Positions 1 to 8,598 of a DNA stretch of 14,792 nucleotides are shown one piece after another. Each line of letters opens with the position of its first letter. Positions within the stretch are counted from its first letter, which is position 1. A program made the position numbers and the translations under genes. Source of the stretch: Ignavibacteriota bacterium (GTDB lineage Bacteria; Bacteroidota; Ignavibacteria; UBA10030; CAVZMI01); assembly GCA_963776275.1 (NCBI GenBank), contig CAVZMI010000019.1, positions 1-14,792 of the forward strand. Direction: 5' to 3'. The notes under the pieces are model-generated. The model worked only from the letters and a program-made list of their open reading frames with translations. It was not told the origin of the DNA and made no database searches.

Positions 1-104
1 GGACGGAATATTGATAGAAAAGTGGAATAATAAACAGACAGAGCTCCGCTAGGCCAGCGTGCACTCCGACGTAGACGGAGTGAGCGGTATATCATGATAA
101 GTGA

Positions 105-1361
105 TCAGCCAACTATGATTCCTGAGAGTAGTAAAATTGCGCTCAACAGGATGAGGATGATCGATGTTGTCCATCCTATGATGTTCTGCGTTCGGTTGTT
201 CGTATACTCCTCCATGATTTCAATCTTATTCACCATGATCATCATGCAGATCAGAACTACAGGCAGCAGGATGGCATTCAGCACCTGCGTCCAGATGGTG
301 ATCGTGATCAACGGTGCATTGGGGAGGAGAATGATACCGATACCGATCATAATGATTGAGGTGAAGAGAGTATAGAATTGCGGTGCTTCACTGAATTTTT
401 TATTAATCCCTGCCTCAAACCCAAAAGCTTCGCAGATATAGAAGGCGGCAGTCAGCGGAAGAATTGTTGCCGAAAACACCGAAGCAACAAAGAGACCGAA
501 CGCAAAAACCTGTGATGCGATCGCCCCGGCAAGCGGGCGGAGAGCCATTGCCGCATCCTTAGCCTCAACGATGTGAATCCCATTGACATGCAGCGTTGCG
601 GCACAGGAGACAACAATGAAAAATGCCACGACGATTGTAGCGATGCAGCCGAGAACAACATCCCACATCGTATATTTATAATCACCAATAGTCAGTCCTT
701 TTTCGATTACCGAAGACTGCATGTAGAATTGCATCCACGGCGCCACGGTTGTACCGACAAGACCGAGGACCATGCTGATATAGCTGTTGTCCCATTGGAT
801 TGTGGGCGTTACGATCGCCTTGCCTATCGCTGACCAATCCGGTTTTGCAAGAATCGCCGAAACGACGTAGGAAAAAAGAAATACACTAAAAATCAAAAAT
901 ACCTTTTCCGATATTTTGTAATTTCCTTTCACGACGAGAATCCAGACGAGGATTGCCGCTATAGGTACCGAGACATACTTGCTGACGCCCAGCACGTTCA
1001 TACTACCGGCGACACCAGCAAATTCCGTCGCGGTATTCCCAATATCGGCAATAAGCAGGGAAACAAAAATATAGAAAGTTATCCTCACGCCAAAATTTTC
1101 ACGGATCAGATCGGCAAGTCCTTTACCCGTCACGATCCCCATCCGTGCATTCATTTCCTGCACGGTTAAGAGCGCGATGAAGGATGGAATCAGCGTCCAG
1201 AGAAGCCTGTATCCATAGTTGGCTCCGGCAACAGAATAGGTTGTAATACCGCCGGCATCGTTATCAACGCTTCCCGTGATGATTCCCGGACCGATAATGC
1301 TGAAAAAAATCAGGAGGTTTCGAAGGGCAGGATTATCTTTGAGCCGTTTCAGAATTCCCAT
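105..1361 (-). CDS. NRAMP/SLC11-family divalent metal transporter, NRAMP-related Mg2+ transporter (NRMT) type
   Basis: 418 aa with about 11 hydrophobic segments. N-terminal GPGIIT..DNDAGGITTYS..GA.YGY.LLW and QEM.ARMG.VTGKGL are NRAMP-fold signatures. TM1 DNDAGG and TM6 GTTVAPWMQFY replace the canonical MntH DPGN and MPHNL motifs. The ATG lies 1 nt after the upstream stop, with GGGAG as RBS. Confidence 0.9.
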   Translation of the reverse strand: MGILKRLKDNPALRNLLIFFSIIGPGIITGSVDNDAGGITTYSVAGANYGYRLLWTLIPSFIALLTVQEMNARMGIVTGKGLADLIRENFGVRITFYIFVSLLIADIGNTATEFAGVAGSMNVLGVSKYVSVPIAAILVWILVVKGNYKISEKVFLIFSVFLFSYVVSAILAKPDWSAIGKAIVTPTIQWDNSYISMVLGLVGTTVAPWMQFYMQSSVIEKGLTIGDYKYTMWDVVLGCIATIVVAFFIVVSCAATLHVNGIHIVEAKDAAMALRPLAGAIASQVFAFGLFVASVFSATILPLTAAFYICEAFGFEAGINKKFSEAPQFYTLFTSIIMIGIGIILLPNAPLITITIWTQVLNAILLPVVLICMMIMVNKIEIMEEYTNNRTQNIIGWTTSIILILLSAILLLSGIIVG

Positions 1362-1362
1362 A

Positions 1363-2676
1363 TCAGGCTCCCGCCACTTTCTCTATTTCAGGGAATACCG
1401 ATTCCATTGCATCACGCGACGATATGATTCCTTGGATCTGATGTTTTTCATCTACGACGGGGACTGCGAGAAAATCGTATTTAAAAAATATCTGTGCGAC
1501 ACGTTTGATATTCGTATCAATCTCAACGGAAACAGGATTTTCAGTCATTATCTCCACAATCGCCGTTTCGGGTTTTTCACAGAGGAGCTGTCGTAGTGTG
1601 ACGATCCCTTTGAGTTTTTCGTCCACATCAACGACATATACATAATACAAGAGCTCAGCCTGTTTACTCTCTGCCCTGACAATTGTGAGTACCTCTCCGA
1701 CAGTCTGATTCTCACGGGCGGTGATGAAATTCGTATTCATGATGCTGCCCACGCTGAATTCCGAGAGTCTCGATAGTTCTTTCAATTCAGCCACTTGTTC
1801 AGCCGGCAGGTTTGCATAGACTGCATTACGATTCTCCGGTGAAATTTCATCGAGAAGGTCAACGGCCTCATCCATTTCCATTTCGTTAATAATATTTGCC
1901 AGGAGAGTTGTATCAAGGGTCTCGGCGATTTGCACCCGAATTCTCATTTCGATTTCCTGAAGAGCGGCCGCCGCTGTTGCAAAATCGAGCGAGCCAAGAA
2001 GAGAAAGGCGCTCTTCAGTCCCCAGATCCTCTATGATATCGGCGAGATCGGCCGGGTGTGCTTCGGCAAACTTCGACGGGTCGACTTTCAAATGGAGGGC
2101 ACCGCGAACATTTGTTGTAGTCGTCGGCTGAACGTATTTCCATGTTACAAACTTATCTTTGATATCACGTGAAAATACCCAACGAAACATCGAATTGAGG
2201 ATTTTCTCCCATCCAAGACGGCGGAACAGTCCTTTAATCCCGATATCGAGGTGAACAACAAGGAGGTTCGGATTTTCTTTCGACGTATTATCGATGAGCA
2301 GCTGAAGATCGTTCACACGGACGACTTTGTATCCCGAAGTCGAGATCACCTGCTTATCGAGAAAAGTCTTCTTAAGCAGAATTTCATTTTCCCCGCCCTG
2401 AATAGTACCGTTCAGAGTGTCGGGCATTGTTTCAATAACAATTCTCTTCCGCGGTACAATCTGGCGAACCGTACTCCAGGGTATATAGACGGGATTTTTC
2501 GAATCTACAAATGATGTTATGAGAGCGGAGAACTTTGGATATACTTGAGGAGTGGAAGCAGCAAAATCGAGAGTCCTGCCAATTTTTCGACCGGTACCTC
2601 CATCGATGACCGGCAAACCGAGTATCTCCGAAATATACATGAACATCTTTGTATCGTACCCTGTAGCTCTCTGCAT
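1363..2676 (-). CDS. Soluble MgtE-like regulatory protein: PRC-barrel-like N-terminus, MgtE_N domain and tandem CBS pair, with no membrane domain
   Basis: HPADLADIIEDL (MgtE_N), EMEMDEAVDLL, VGSIMNTNF, YYVYVVD..KLKGIVTLRQLL and KYDFLAVPVVD..GII (CBS pair). N-terminal SEILGLPVID..G.KIG and LKKTFLDKQVI...G.KVVRVNDL look PRC-like. No TM segments. The ORF track starts at 2700; ATG 2676 (GAGGA 8 nt upstream) is preferred, but the start is uncertain. Confidence 0.85.
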   Translation of the reverse strand: MQRATGYDTKMFMYISEILGLPVIDGGTGRKIGRTLDFAASTPQVYPKFSALITSFVDSKNPVYIPWSTVRQIVPRKRIVIETMPDTLNGTIQGGENEILLKKTFLDKQVISTSGYKVVRVNDLQLLIDNTSKENPNLLVVHLDIGIKGLFRRLGWEKILNSMFRWVFSRDIKDKFVTWKYVQPTTTTNVRGALHLKVDPSKFAEAHPADLADIIEDLGTEERLSLLGSLDFATAAAALQEIEMRIRVQIAETLDTTLLANIINEMEMDEAVDLLDEISPENRNAVYANLPAEQVAELKELSRLSEFSVGSIMNTNFITARENQTVGEVLTIVRAESKQAELLYYVYVVDVDEKLKGIVTLRQLLCEKPETAIVEIMTENPVSVEIDTNIKRVAQIFFKYDFLAVPVVDEKHQIQGIISSRDAMESVFPEIEKVAGA

Positions 2677-2715
2677 AGCACACATCCTCGATGACATCAT
2701 TTAATAACAGGTTGG

Positions 2716-2741
2716 AATAAAGAGCAGCTCGGTTCTGCTCT
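2716..2741 (-). terminator. Intrinsic terminator-like hairpin in the 5' leader of the MgtE_N/NRMT operon
   Basis: Minus strand reads AGAGCAG-AACCGAG-CTGCTCT followed by TTATT: a perfect 7-bp stem with a short U-rich tail. Confidence 0.5.
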
Positions 2742-2846
2742 ATAGAATCATATTTTCTGGAGTGTTTTTCACCCTCCTTCTATTGGAGATCGATTGTTAT
2801 GAGAGGAGTCTGTGGAAAATATCCTTAATCCTCCCCTCACATTTCC

Positions 2847-2875
2847 AATATACAAAACCGGGGGAAAAAATGCAT
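2847..2875 (-). promoter_or_regulatory. Putative sigma70-like promoter for the MgtE_N/NRMT operon
   Basis: Minus strand ATGCAT-N17-TATATT; the -35 match is weak. Confidence 0.3.
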
Positions 2876-2917
2876 CACTTTTTTTCTTCATGAAAAATAA
2901 TTAAGGATGAAGGCCAC

Positions 2918-3463
2918 TCAGAGCACAAACGGAATGAACATCTTGGATCTCGTCATGTATGCCTTATACTCATCACCGAATCTCCGGATGTTTTCACCCT
3001 CCTCAACCCTGGCTGTCGCATAAAGAAATGCCGTCATAATAATAGCAATCACTAGGCCTAGAATGGTAATATCTTTGAAATACACTCCCCATCCAAGAAA
3101 CAACAGTGACGCATACATCGGATGCCGGATATACTTGTAGACCCCGACTGTCACAAGCGTGTTAGTGTTCTCGAACCCGACATTACCCGGTTGATTCACG
3201 GAGGCGGAAGGCTTCCCGATTTTTCGGAGGAACAAGACACCGGTTACTACAAAAGCCAGCGACACCATCAACAGAATCCAGGAAACGATCTGATGAAGTG
3301 AAAAAGGGTCGGAAAACCAGCCTTCAATGTTCATTAGAATTAGCAGGATAATAGCCTCGAATGCGAAAAACCGGAAGAATCCGTGGGAATAGCGAACTCG
3401 GAAGGATTTTAGTGAAAAAATTATGATACCGATTGAAGCAAGAATAAAAATAATGATTTTCAA
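2918..3463 (-). CDS. Isoprenylcysteine carboxyl methyltransferase (ICMT/PEMT) family membrane protein
   Basis: Multi-TM protein with LVTVGVYKYIRHPMY and ARVEE...RRFGDEY.AY...SKMFIP, the characteristic C-terminal motifs of the family. TTG start with AGAGGA upstream. Confidence 0.88.
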   Translation of the reverse strand: MKIIIFILASIGIIIFSLKSFRVRYSHGFFRFFAFEAIILLILMNIEGWFSDPFSLHQIVSWILLMVSLAFVVTGVLFLRKIGKPSASVNQPGNVGFENTNTLVTVGVYKYIRHPMYASLLFLGWGVYFKDITILGLVIAIIMTAFLYATARVEEGENIRRFGDEYKAYMTRSKMFIPFVL

Positions 3464-3577
3464 TATATGATCATTCCTCTTAAAAGCGTTCTTTATTAAA
3501 ATACAATCGAATGTTAAAAAATAGAAACGACTTTTTCAAGGATTATTATATAATCTTTTATTGCCGTTCGGATAGCA

Positions 3578-3620
3578 ACACAAAAGCCCTGCCCCGTTTT
3601 TAACGGGACAGGGCTCTGTG
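3578..3620 (-). terminator. Rho-independent terminator of the cold-shock gene
   Basis: Minus strand AGCCCTGTCCCGTT-AAA-AACGGGGCAGGGCT-TTTGTGTT: 14-bp stem with one G-U pair, followed by a U-rich tail. Confidence 0.85.
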
Positions 3621-3623
3621 ATT

Positions 3624-3848
3624 TCAAAAAAATCTCTGAGTGCTATTTACACTTTTGAGACCTTCGCAGCCTGGAGGCCTTTCGGACACTTTTTCGATTT
3701 CGAATTCGACAGTGTCGCCTTCGTTGAGGTTCCGATATCCGTCACCTACGATTGCTTTGAAGTGAACGAATACATCTTCGCCACCCTGCCGTGAAATGAA
3801 ACCATAACCCTTAGCTGAGTTGAACCACTTGACTGTTCCTTTTTCCAT
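3624..3848 (-). CDS. csp: Cold-shock protein (CspA family) with an apparent 1-nt insertion near 3688; the corrected CDS would be 3647..3848 (66 aa)
   Basis: [17 protein letters not shown] (RNP1), DVFVHF (RNP2) and L.EGD.VEFEI are present. The canonical tail [13 protein letters not shown] is in the shifted frame and ends at TAA 3647-3649. Confidence 0.93.
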   Translation of the reverse strand: MEKGTVKWFNSAKGYGFISRQGGEDVFVHFKAIVGDGYRNLNEGDTVEFEIEKVSERPPGCEGLKSVNSTQRFF

Positions 3849-4084
3849 GGAACAAATCCTTTCTTAAATCTGGTAATTTCCCGATGACCCGGGAATGGTG
3901 TACGCCGTTCTCCGCCAGGGCGGAGAGATGCTCTTAAAACGCGAAATCGCTTCAAACGGTTTTTTAATTGCACCATTTGCAGCGACTTCTCAACTGCTGG
4001 CGACACTCACCTTGAACAGGCTTCTTACGGTCTATCAGCAAGATCTCAAAAGCGCAAAAACGGTGTACTGTTCTTTGCGTTGTA

Positions 4085-4113
4085 AACTTACATCTTTTCA
4101 GCGTTAAAAGCAA
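4085..4113 (-). promoter_or_regulatory. Putative sigma70-like promoter for csp, implying a 5' UTR of about 230 nt
   Basis: Minus strand TTGCTT-N17-TAAGTT. Long 5' UTRs are typical of csp genes. Confidence 0.4.
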
Positions 4114-4214
4114 GCTCTCTTTTAAAAAAGACAAAAAAATACGCAATTATCCTTGAAGGACCCATATCAACCTGTGATGTTAAAAAACCCTAGAAAACGA
4201 GGCATTTTTTAGGA

Positions 4215-5330
4215 TTATCGCGTACTTATTGCCACACCGACGGGTGACCAGGCAGCTGTAAGTCCAAGAAGCAATCCCTCCCGTTCACAATAAGCGCACC
4301 ACAAACCGGGCGAAAAATTCCCGATTCTGACAACTCCCGGATAGATATTAAGATTGGCAATGTAGTCTGTTTTCTTTGTAATCGAAAGACTGGCCAGTAA
4401 CGAATTATTCCGGTCATAAAAAAAACCGATGTTCCAAACCAGATCAAGTGTCTTTTTGTTGCTGGTGCGATTTAACAAAATCAGATCACTTGCGGCCATA
4501 CCGACTCCGAACGAGAATGCATCTCCATCCGGCCATTTGTACGATGCTCCGCCCAAACCGTTTGTTCCGAAGTAGTAAAAAAGATGCCATCGGTCGGAAA
4601 ACGGTAACTTCCATTTGACAGAAAAAAATTGTCCGACATTATGGAGATGCAAATTCCGGACTGAAAACGAGGGCTGGAGCGACCAATCGGCGAGATTCAG
4701 CGTCTGACTGAAAAACTCATTGACATTATCGAACGAGAATAGAACGATGGCGCCGACATCAAAAAGCCACAGGTCGGCAATCGGATCGACGTTATCACCG
4801 ATGTAAGTGTCGTTTTCAGTAATTTCGTTGATGAAATGATATGTATATAAAGTAACAATGGACAGAAGCCGGGGATATGCACAATTGTTATACTCATACC
4901 ATTCTTTCATCTTTGTATATTCCATGCCGCTGCCGACAAGGTGCAATGTATAATTCGGCCAGTATTGCGCATTATTCCGGTTGAAACTGACGGGAATAAC
5001 CTGATCCTGCAGAAAATTCCACCACCCGTACCGGCTGATCGGACCGATTGGATCGAGAATATTTCGTAAGACATTTTTACCACCCTGATAAAACGGCACC
5101 TTCCCGATGTCTCGCTGGTGACTCACCTGAAACATGTCAAAACCCCCGTTCAGGATTACCGATACAGGATTATAAACGGCGTCACTGCCGTAATCATATC
5201 CCTTATAAAAATAAGGCTGCTGTGCATATGTAATTCCCGTGGATATCACTACGATGCATACAAAAGAAAAAATAGGGAAGAATCTACGGAAGGAACAATG
5301 ATTTCCCTGAAAGACTGAATTTATAATCAT
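4215..5330 (-). CDS. Secreted or envelope hypothetical protein, possibly with a DUF3943-like N-terminal region and a beta-strand-rich C-terminus
   Basis: 371-aa ORF with a Sec signal ending ...STGITYA|QQ. The W.NY.LHLVG.G.EY motif is reminiscent of DUF3943 proteins. The C-terminal half has aromatic-rich amphipathic strands. Confidence 0.65.
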   Translation of the reverse strand: MIINSVFQGNHCSFRRFFPIFSFVCIVVISTGITYAQQPYFYKGYDYGSDAVYNPVSVILNGGFDMFQVSHQRDIGKVPFYQGGKNVLRNILDPIGPISRYGWWNFLQDQVIPVSFNRNNAQYWPNYTLHLVGSGMEYTKMKEWYEYNNCAYPRLLSIVTLYTYHFINEITENDTYIGDNVDPIADLWLFDVGAIVLFSFDNVNEFFSQTLNLADWSLQPSFSVRNLHLHNVGQFFSVKWKLPFSDRWHLFYYFGTNGLGGASYKWPDGDAFSFGVGMAASDLILLNRTSNKKTLDLVWNIGFFYDRNNSLLASLSITKKTDYIANLNIYPGVVRIGNFSPGLWCAYCEREGLLLGLTAAWSPVGVAISTR

Positions 5331-5520
5331 AAGACCGCTGGTAATGATCCGATGAAAGACCTACGATAGTGTGGAATAGTATATACTTCATATGATACTC
5401 CTACACTGAACGCATAGCGATTGATATTTAAAAATAAGAAAAAAAAGGGGGAATTCAAAATTGATCATCTGCCACAATTGACCAGGTCGTTTTACTTCCT
5501 ATTCACCATGCTTTACACAC

Positions 5521-5549
5521 AAAAAAAAGGGCTCAATCACTTGAGCCCT
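5521..5549 (-). terminator. Rho-independent terminator of the lipoprotein gene
   Basis: Minus strand AGGGCTCAA-GTGA-TTGAGCCCT followed by a T-run, 20 nt after the stop codon. Confidence 0.9.
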
Positions 5550-5569
5550 CCGAAGAGTAAAAATATTTC

Positions 5570-6025
5570 CTAAAATGGCGTTTTACCTGAGCTGCCCCAA
5601 ACGAGATTATGTTGAGCAAAAAACTGCTCAGGGTCAATACCTTGATTTTTCAACTCAGTTATAAGTTGAGAGGTTTTAATCGGTGTTCCTTCTACGGAAT
5701 ATCCAAGAGTTCCAAAAAACAAAAACACATTATATTTATAAAAAATTACTCCATCCAACAAAGCATCATATCCTGGACCAGCTTTCTCAATCGCTCGGTC
5801 GACTGCATTTTTAACTTGAGGCTGCCCGAATGGCACAATAAACTGCGTAACCATATCCTCTCCTGATACTCTTTCACCCTTCCCTGTGTCTTTTACCTTG
5901 ATGTTGGTATTTTTGCTGCTAATTACAGTGAAATCTAAAATCCTCGTTGTACAACCGCTTAAAAAGAGGAACAGTACTACTAAAAGAGATATCATGAAAA
6001 AACGTGTAAAAAATGATTGTTTCAT
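5570..6025 (-). CDS. Hypothetical lipoprotein
   Basis: MKQSFFTRFF, a hydrophobic stretch, then lipobox LSG|C followed by TTRILDFTVISSKN. ATG 6025 follows GGAGG at good spacing and is preferred over the track start at 6037. Confidence 0.8.
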   Translation of the reverse strand: MKQSFFTRFFMISLLVVLFLFLSGCTTRILDFTVISSKNTNIKVKDTGKGERVSGEDMVTQFIVPFGQPQVKNAVDRAIEKAGPGYDALLDGVIFYKYNVFLFFGTLGYSVEGTPIKTSQLITELKNQGIDPEQFFAQHNLVWGSSGKTPF

Positions 6026-6307
6026 AGGACCCTCCATAAAATGATTATGATGAACATATGGTATAATAGTGGATTAGGAAGAATTACGGATTAGCCGACA
6101 TTTTCTTAGGATGCCAAATAACCTGAATGCTAATAAAATATTGTTTTTTTACACAATGTCAATAGCTGACAATATGAAAAACAATAAAATATTGACTAAA
6201 TAAAAAGTTTAAAAAATGTGTCCGTTTTGGGCAACCTTATTTAGAGACGAGAAACTAGGTTTTTTCCGATCTTATTATAACACCCAAAATAACGAGACCT
6301 TCAACTC

Positions 6308-8302
6308 CTACTCGACTGCTGCGGCAACAAGTCCTTTTAATTTTGACAGCCGTTGTCTGAATTCTTCGGCTTCTATTACCAGTTTCTGAATGACACTATT
6401 GGTTTCGATTGAGCCGCGAACTGCTGCGAAATCCTTCGCTATTTCTTCCTTATCCTGATCGAGTCCATATCCAATGGTAGTAGATACTCCAAACTCTTTC
6501 TTTGCATCTTCGAGAATTGCATTATGAATTAAACAAACTGCTTGATCCCACTCATCTATCGCTTTCATGATACCGGGCTTTGATATCAACGTGGGTGCTA
6601 CTCCGAATTCCTCCTTGAATGCAGTAAAAACGTACTCCCATTCATCATCTCTATAAGTGCGGTAGATCGATTCCAGACGCTGCAGTAATATATCGTATGA
6701 CGCGATCGTACCGTTTCGTACATCGGCTTCGAGTTTGAGAATACGCTCACGCGGTGCGATCAGTCCTGAAAGATCAATCCATTCTGACGGAGTCTTCAGC
6801 TCTCCGGCCGGTTTCAGACTTTCAACGGCTGCTTTCCAACTTTTCAATGTCCCGAGCTCCGTCATCAAGCGGGTGCATACCCTCTCAACGAGATAGCGGA
6901 CAATCGCCTTCGTATAGTATTCCGCTCCTTTTTTCAACATCGAGCAGCTGATTTGAACTCCGCCGTATTGAACGGCAGTTCTTTCAGGGGGGGTCACCTT
7001 ATTCAATGAAAGAAGCTCTTTTCTCCCCTTCCGAATTTTCTCGACGATATATGGAGAGAAGATGTCAAACACGACGAGGTCGCGTTTTTGAGATAATTTG
7101 CGATTGTCCCGCTTCAGCCACTTCTCACCATCCCGTACTATGCCGACGGAAAAAAGATTTCTTCCCGGAAGGATCTGAGAAACACCTTCATCCTCACGAA
7201 TGATGGAAAAAGGAAGATTCGGTGTATCGATGTTGGTATAATGCTTACCGAGGATTACACTGAATGCACCTACATGCGTCTCGTGCAGCACATATGAGAA
7301 CGATCCGGTTTTAGTGCCGCGCTCGTACACGCCCTGATGCACAGGACCGAGCTTGTACATATGATTACTCTGGTTCGTTCCGCTGCCGGCATTGAAGAAT
7401 GAGAATAGTCCGGCAATGAGCAACGACGATTTGTGATGCGTCACCGTATAAGGGCCGCCAAAGATCGAGACGGCCTCACCGTGAAATCCTTCACAATTGG
7501 CAAAGAAGAGCGAATTCTCGGCCGAGAACTGTCTTCCGAGTTTAGTCCCCTGCCCGACAAACGCCTTATTGAGGATCGCGCCGCCGGTAACCTCCGCTCC
7601 TTCACTTGTTATAAAAGAGACCGCCTGGACATTCTCACCGATCTCGGTCGGCTGTTCCTGACAGCTCAAAACTGTTCCATTCTCAAGCAATGCTGCACCG
7701 TGGATAAACGCATATGGACCGATATTGACGTTGCGTATCATACCGCAATGAATGACCTTCGCACCTGTGCCAACGATGCCTTTTTCTGTCTTCGTTGATT
7801 GTATTTTTGCAATAATTAAATCTGATAATTTTTTCGTGAACTCACTATTTCCGCGATACATTGCCTGAAGATGAGCGACCTGTGCAGTCAGGTCGTTGAG
7901 AATTACGGTACCGCGTCCACCCCCTTCATTCACAACATTGAGTTCAACGCCGTTTCCAAAATTTCCCTTCTCATCGGCGACAAGTGCTGCGACGTTTTGA
8001 ATAAGGGCATTCGATTCGATCGTATAATTCGTTATTGCCGAACCGATATTGGCTATCCGTACATTATCGCCGATTTCGCACCGAGCAATCGCGGCGTTAT
8101 AAAGTCCGCACGGAAACTCGACACCATCAAATGAGATCGAGCCTTTATTCGTGCCTATGAATACTGTGCCGAAGAATTGAACATTCCGGATACGGGAGAG
8201 ATCGGTCTCTGTTTTCACGGAGACATCACCCCAATCACTCGCAGAACAACCCTGAACTGTCAGCTGTTGGAATTGCGCTGGCGTTAATCGAGAATATGTC
8301 AT
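6308..8302 (-). CDS. DUF4954 family protein (left-handed beta-helix / GlmU-like repeats plus helical C-terminal domain)
   Basis: Recognised motifs: L..QGCSA.DW, V.VVNEGGGR, FSAENSLFFANCEGFHGEA.SIFGGPYTVTHHKSSLLIAG.FSFFNAGSGTNQSNHMYKLGPVHQG..ERG.KT.S and W.DLSGLIAP. The start is probably MTYSRLT (8302) rather than the track start at 8368. Confidence 0.88.
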   Translation of the reverse strand: MTYSRLTPAQFQQLTVQGCSASDWGDVSVKTETDLSRIRNVQFFGTVFIGTNKGSISFDGVEFPCGLYNAAIARCEIGDNVRIANIGSAITNYTIESNALIQNVAALVADEKGNFGNGVELNVVNEGGGRGTVILNDLTAQVAHLQAMYRGNSEFTKKLSDLIIAKIQSTKTEKGIVGTGAKVIHCGMIRNVNIGPYAFIHGAALLENGTVLSCQEQPTEIGENVQAVSFITSEGAEVTGGAILNKAFVGQGTKLGRQFSAENSLFFANCEGFHGEAVSIFGGPYTVTHHKSSLLIAGLFSFFNAGSGTNQSNHMYKLGPVHQGVYERGTKTGSFSYVLHETHVGAFSVILGKHYTNIDTPNLPFSIIREDEGVSQILPGRNLFSVGIVRDGEKWLKRDNRKLSQKRDLVVFDIFSPYIVEKIRKGRKELLSLNKVTPPERTAVQYGGVQISCSMLKKGAEYYTKAIVRYLVERVCTRLMTELGTLKSWKAAVESLKPAGELKTPSEWIDLSGLIAPRERILKLEADVRNGTIASYDILLQRLESIYRTYRDDEWEYVFTAFKEEFGVAPTLISKPGIMKAIDEWDQAVCLIHNAILEDAKKEFGVSTTIGYGLDQDKEEIAKDFAAVRGSIETNSVIQKLVIEAEEFRQRLSKLKGLVAAAVE

Positions 8303-8598
8303 ATGGAAGTCTTTTTGAGAATTGACGATTACGATATGATGAATGTAACGAAATGAGCAGGGAAACACAAGAATAATTCTGGGGCGAATTAAAAAAAATC
8401 CCGGACTGCCTTGAATCGTATTGATGCTGCATTCCGCAATCTACACTTTTCACCCTGTAATTTAAAATCACCAAAGGTATTGTAAAATCTATGAAAACCC
8501 TCTTTTTTGTATCACCATTGCTTCTGAAATAAAAAAATGATTTTTTTGTAGGATTATATGTCCACTATCCATTTCCCATCTCATAGATTGGAACACCT

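Noticed and set aside
105-1361. Calling the transporter mntH
   Set aside because: The canonical DPGN and MPH motifs are replaced, and the gene context indicates an NRMT-type protein.
2700-2880. M-box (ykoK) or yybP-ykoY riboswitch
   Set aside because: Only AGGGGAG resembles yybP-ykoY; the other conserved segments I recall for either family are not visible. Reported instead as an unassigned leader.
3746-4146. Short ORFs 3746..4006, 3895..4107 and 3964..4146
   Set aside because: They overlap the csp gene, its UTR or promoter, have non-ATG or weak starts, and show no recognisable motifs.
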